32,000 nt of DNA, taken from contig JBJLBP010000001.1 of the NCBI GenBank assembly GCA_045568075.1, positions 210,001 through 242,000 on the forward strand, written 5' to 3'. Numbering within the stretch: position 1 is the first letter of the stretch; each line of letters starts with the position of its first letter. This DNA is from Candidatus Thalassarchaeaceae archaeon. Lineage in GTDB: Archaea > Thermoplasmatota > Poseidoniia > Poseidoniales > Thalassarchaeaceae. The position numbers were made by a program, and so were the translations under genes. Under the pieces are notes generated by a model, which had not been told where the DNA came from, ran no database searches, and was given only the letters and a program-made list of their open reading frames with translations. Positions 29,784-32,000 of this stretch are shown in pieces.

Positions 29784-31924
29784 TCAGAATCACCTTCCTT
29801 CAATCCGTAGTCTCCCAGAGTTGGTTGAATCGCTTCTGTAGCAGTTCCTTCGTCAGTAACAGCTTCTGGTGCCGCAACTTCGGCCACTGCTTCAACGTCC
29901 TCAGACATTGTCGGTGCAGGAGTATCTACAACATCGGTTCGCTCAGCCAATCGCCCCATCGAACCAACTTCAGGTATCTTCGCATGCTCGGCTTCAGCAG
30001 CCGCCAAAGCCTCGATTTTGCGCATCTCATCGAGTAATTTCTCATCGATCTTGGTAGCGCCGATTATCTCTCCATTACCACGGAAGAAAATCTCAGTATC
30101 AGTCCAGTCTCCACGAGCCAAACCTTCGACTGAGAAGCGGATTTCGGCTGACTGACCGGGATCGAGGGTATCCAATCGCCAAGCCCACAACCCAGTAGCC
30201 TCCTTACGACCACCTCTAGGATTCTCTGAGAACCGTACGCCTTCCCCTTCCGGCCACTTTGCGAGGATAGTATAGGCGCGTGCGCGGGCGGTGTAATTGT
30301 AGACAGTCATCGAGCAGATCGTTCGCTTTGTTTCCTTGTCCCACTCGATAGAATCCTCAAGGAAAACCGCATTCATAATACGGGTGATGACTGGTGCCAA
30401 ATCGGGTTCTTCACGGTCGAGCATTTCGCTCGATTTCCGTGATATCTCAGGGAGAATTATGTTGATGAGGTCGAATTTTTCTTGTGCTTTCTTGCGCTGA
30501 GAACTCTTCTTCAAATGGTTACGAAGACCTCGTCCTACTTCCAACATCGCCTTCCGAACTTCTTCCTTAACCTCCTCGTTATCCGCCACTGCTTCCTTCG
30601 CTTCGCTGGTGAATTGGACGTTGGTCGATGCGAGATGGATTAGTACGGCGGCCGGCCCCTTTGGTAATCCACGGCCGCCGGGATGATCGAGCCCATATCG
30701 CTTCCAATCAACGGACTCGAGAGCCTTCGTGAGCAGACAACCTCCCTGTTGATACATCAGAGGTACGCGATTTGCGAATCTGAGAACTTCGATCGGCCCA
30801 TCGGCAGTAAGATCACCTCCGAAGACAAGCCCGACCTCAATTTGGAAAGGCTGTCCTTGGCTTACTGCTGGCTTTCGAGTTACCGTCGATGCGAAGCGAG
30901 AATCGATTGCTTTCGAAAGCCCCTTCTTGATGAGAATTTCTTCAATTGGAGAGAGACAATCGGTTGGGGGTGAGAGAAGTTTGACATTTTGAAAAGCCTC
31001 GATCATTCCTTGGGCTTCATCGGCTTTGACTCGAACTGGAGTTCGTCCTTCGTCGAGTTCAGATAATTTGAGAATTTCGCGAGCAGCCCGCATACTTACG
31101 CCAGAGAAATTGTGTCGTAAGAAGGAAGTTAATTTGCGCTCTTCAGCTTCTTTCAGCATGCGCTGCAGCTGCCCAAGATGAATGCCATGCGGGTGGGGTT
31201 TAATCTCTTCAACGACACGAGGCAGACGCTCAGTGGTGCGAATCCAATTACCCTGATCAATGATTTCGCCTTCTCGATCACGAACTGTGAGTTTGATTGT
31301 TGCGTGCGGATTGACGATACTAGTCATGCGCAAGTATTGGTGGACGGATTGCCGCCCTCGTTGGTATTTTGCACGCATTACTGTTCGAATTTTGAGGCCG
31401 TGAAGAACCTCCTCTCCATCTTCAAACCAAACGTCTCTGCGTTCGCTCGACTTGGTTGCACGATTCTTACGAGTATCGAGTCCGAGGTCGACGTGGACTG
31501 CTGAAGAATCAGAAGCAATCTTGGAGACGACATGAGTCTTCGAACCGGTCGTCAGTTGGCTGTACATCACAACACCAGTGATTCCGATGCCCTGCTGCCC
31601 TCGGGTCTGGCGAATCGCGTGGAAACGCGAACCAAGGAGGAATTTTCCGAAGACGTTCTCGACTGAATCTCGTGGTATTCCTGGCCCGTTATCTTGGCAG
31701 ATAAGTTCCAATCGGTCTCCTTCCAATCGCTTGATTTCTACCTTAATGTCAGGTAAAATACGTGCCTCTTCACAGGCGTCCAAGGAGTTGTCAACGGACT
31801 CTTTGACGGCGGTGATCACAGCTCTCTGAAGGGTATCGAAGCCGAGGAAATGCTTGTTCTTCTCAAAGAACTCACTAATCGAAATCTGCTTTTGTTTGCT
31901 TGCAATTCTCTCTGCATCTGCCAT
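29780..31924 (-). CDS. top6B: DNA topoisomerase VI subunit B (GHKL ATPase) with acidic C-terminal extension
   Basis: SISEFFEKNKHFLGF, VKESVDNSLDACEE (Bergerat N box), DNGPGIP and GQQGIGITG. Start taken at MADAERIASKQ (CAT at 31922-31924); the track ORF extends to 31966. Confidence 0.9.
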   Translation of the reverse strand: MADAERIASKQKQISISEFFEKNKHFLGFDTLQRAVITAVKESVDNSLDACEEARILPDIKVEIKRLEGDRLELICQDNGPGIPRDSVENVFGKFLLGSRFHAIRQTRGQQGIGITGVVMYSQLTTGSKTHVVSKIASDSSAVHVDLGLDTRKNRATKSSERRDVWFEDGEEVLHGLKIRTVMRAKYQRGRQSVHQYLRMTSIVNPHATIKLTVRDREGEIIDQGNWIRTTERLPRVVEEIKPHPHGIHLGQLQRMLKEAEERKLTSFLRHNFSGVSMRAAREILKLSELDEGRTPVRVKADEAQGMIEAFQNVKLLSPPTDCLSPIEEILIKKGLSKAIDSRFASTVTRKPAVSQGQPFQIEVGLVFGGDLTADGPIEVLRFANRVPLMYQQGGCLLTKALESVDWKRYGLDHPGGRGLPKGPAAVLIHLASTNVQFTSEAKEAVADNEEVKEEVRKAMLEVGRGLRNHLKKSSQRKKAQEKFDLINIILPEISRKSSEMLDREEPDLAPVITRIMNAVFLEDSIEWDKETKRTICSMTVYNYTARARAYTILAKWPEGEGVRFSENPRGGRKEATGLWAWRLDTLDPGQSAEIRFSVEGLARGDWTDTEIFFRGNGEIIGATKIDEKLLDEMRKIEALAAAEAEHAKIPEVGSMGRLAERTDVVDTPAPTMSEDVEAVAEVAAPEAVTDEGTATEAIQPTLGDYGLKEGDSE

Positions 31925-32000
31925 GGCGACTACCCCCTTCAGGTCCTCCCATTGTCCTGATGACACGGGGCCTGCTTGTGGTCGAAGGTGTGCGAGAGCC

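Noticed and set aside
1-32000. Search by eye for CRISPR arrays, rRNA, transposases, integrases, toxin-antitoxin pairs or known defence-system genes
   Set aside because: I found no regularly spaced direct repeats and no DDE, tyrosine- or serine-recombinase, Cas or restriction-enzyme motifs in any listed ORF. The window looks like core chromosome plus lineage-specific orphans, not a defence or mobile island.

Overview
The window reads as an archaeal chromosomal segment. Supporting genes are topoisomerase VI A/B, an RFC-type clamp loader, RNA polymerase subunit P, diphthine synthase, a Trm5/Taw2-type methyltransferase, a geranylgeranyl reductase and two tRNAs with encoded CCA. A marine planktonic euryarchaeote (Marine Group II-like) is only a guess from gene content. 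I support about 31 protein-coding genes and 2 tRNAs (Asp-GUC, Arg-CCU). I saw no CRISPR array, rRNA, transposase or integrase. Composition is mosaic: hand counts of single 60-nt lines range from about 28-47% GC at 8.7-12.1 kb to about 52-65% at 14.7-19 kb. Second-look items, best first: (1) At 10.9-13.5 kb, a tandem cluster of paralogous zinc-ribbon proteins (at least one with hydrophobic segments) shares an unassigned C-terminal Cys3-His 'DYCxxHQ' module, and at least one ORF boundary cuts through a CxxC knuckle. (2) A 1701-aa surface protein has seven propeller-like sequence repeats, and a vWA/MIDAS domain is inserted inside repeat 4, an integrin alpha-I-like topology. (3) Two paralogous Cys-rich micro-ORFs flank a DUF2061-like gene. 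(4) RpoP carries a tandemly duplicated zinc ribbon. (5) A PlsC-type acyltransferase and an AMP-forming acyl ligase sit in an archaeal isoprenoid-lipid context. (6) A NadB/SdhA-like flavoprotein has non-canonical substrate-site motifs. All family calls come from motif recognition by eye, since no searches could be run.
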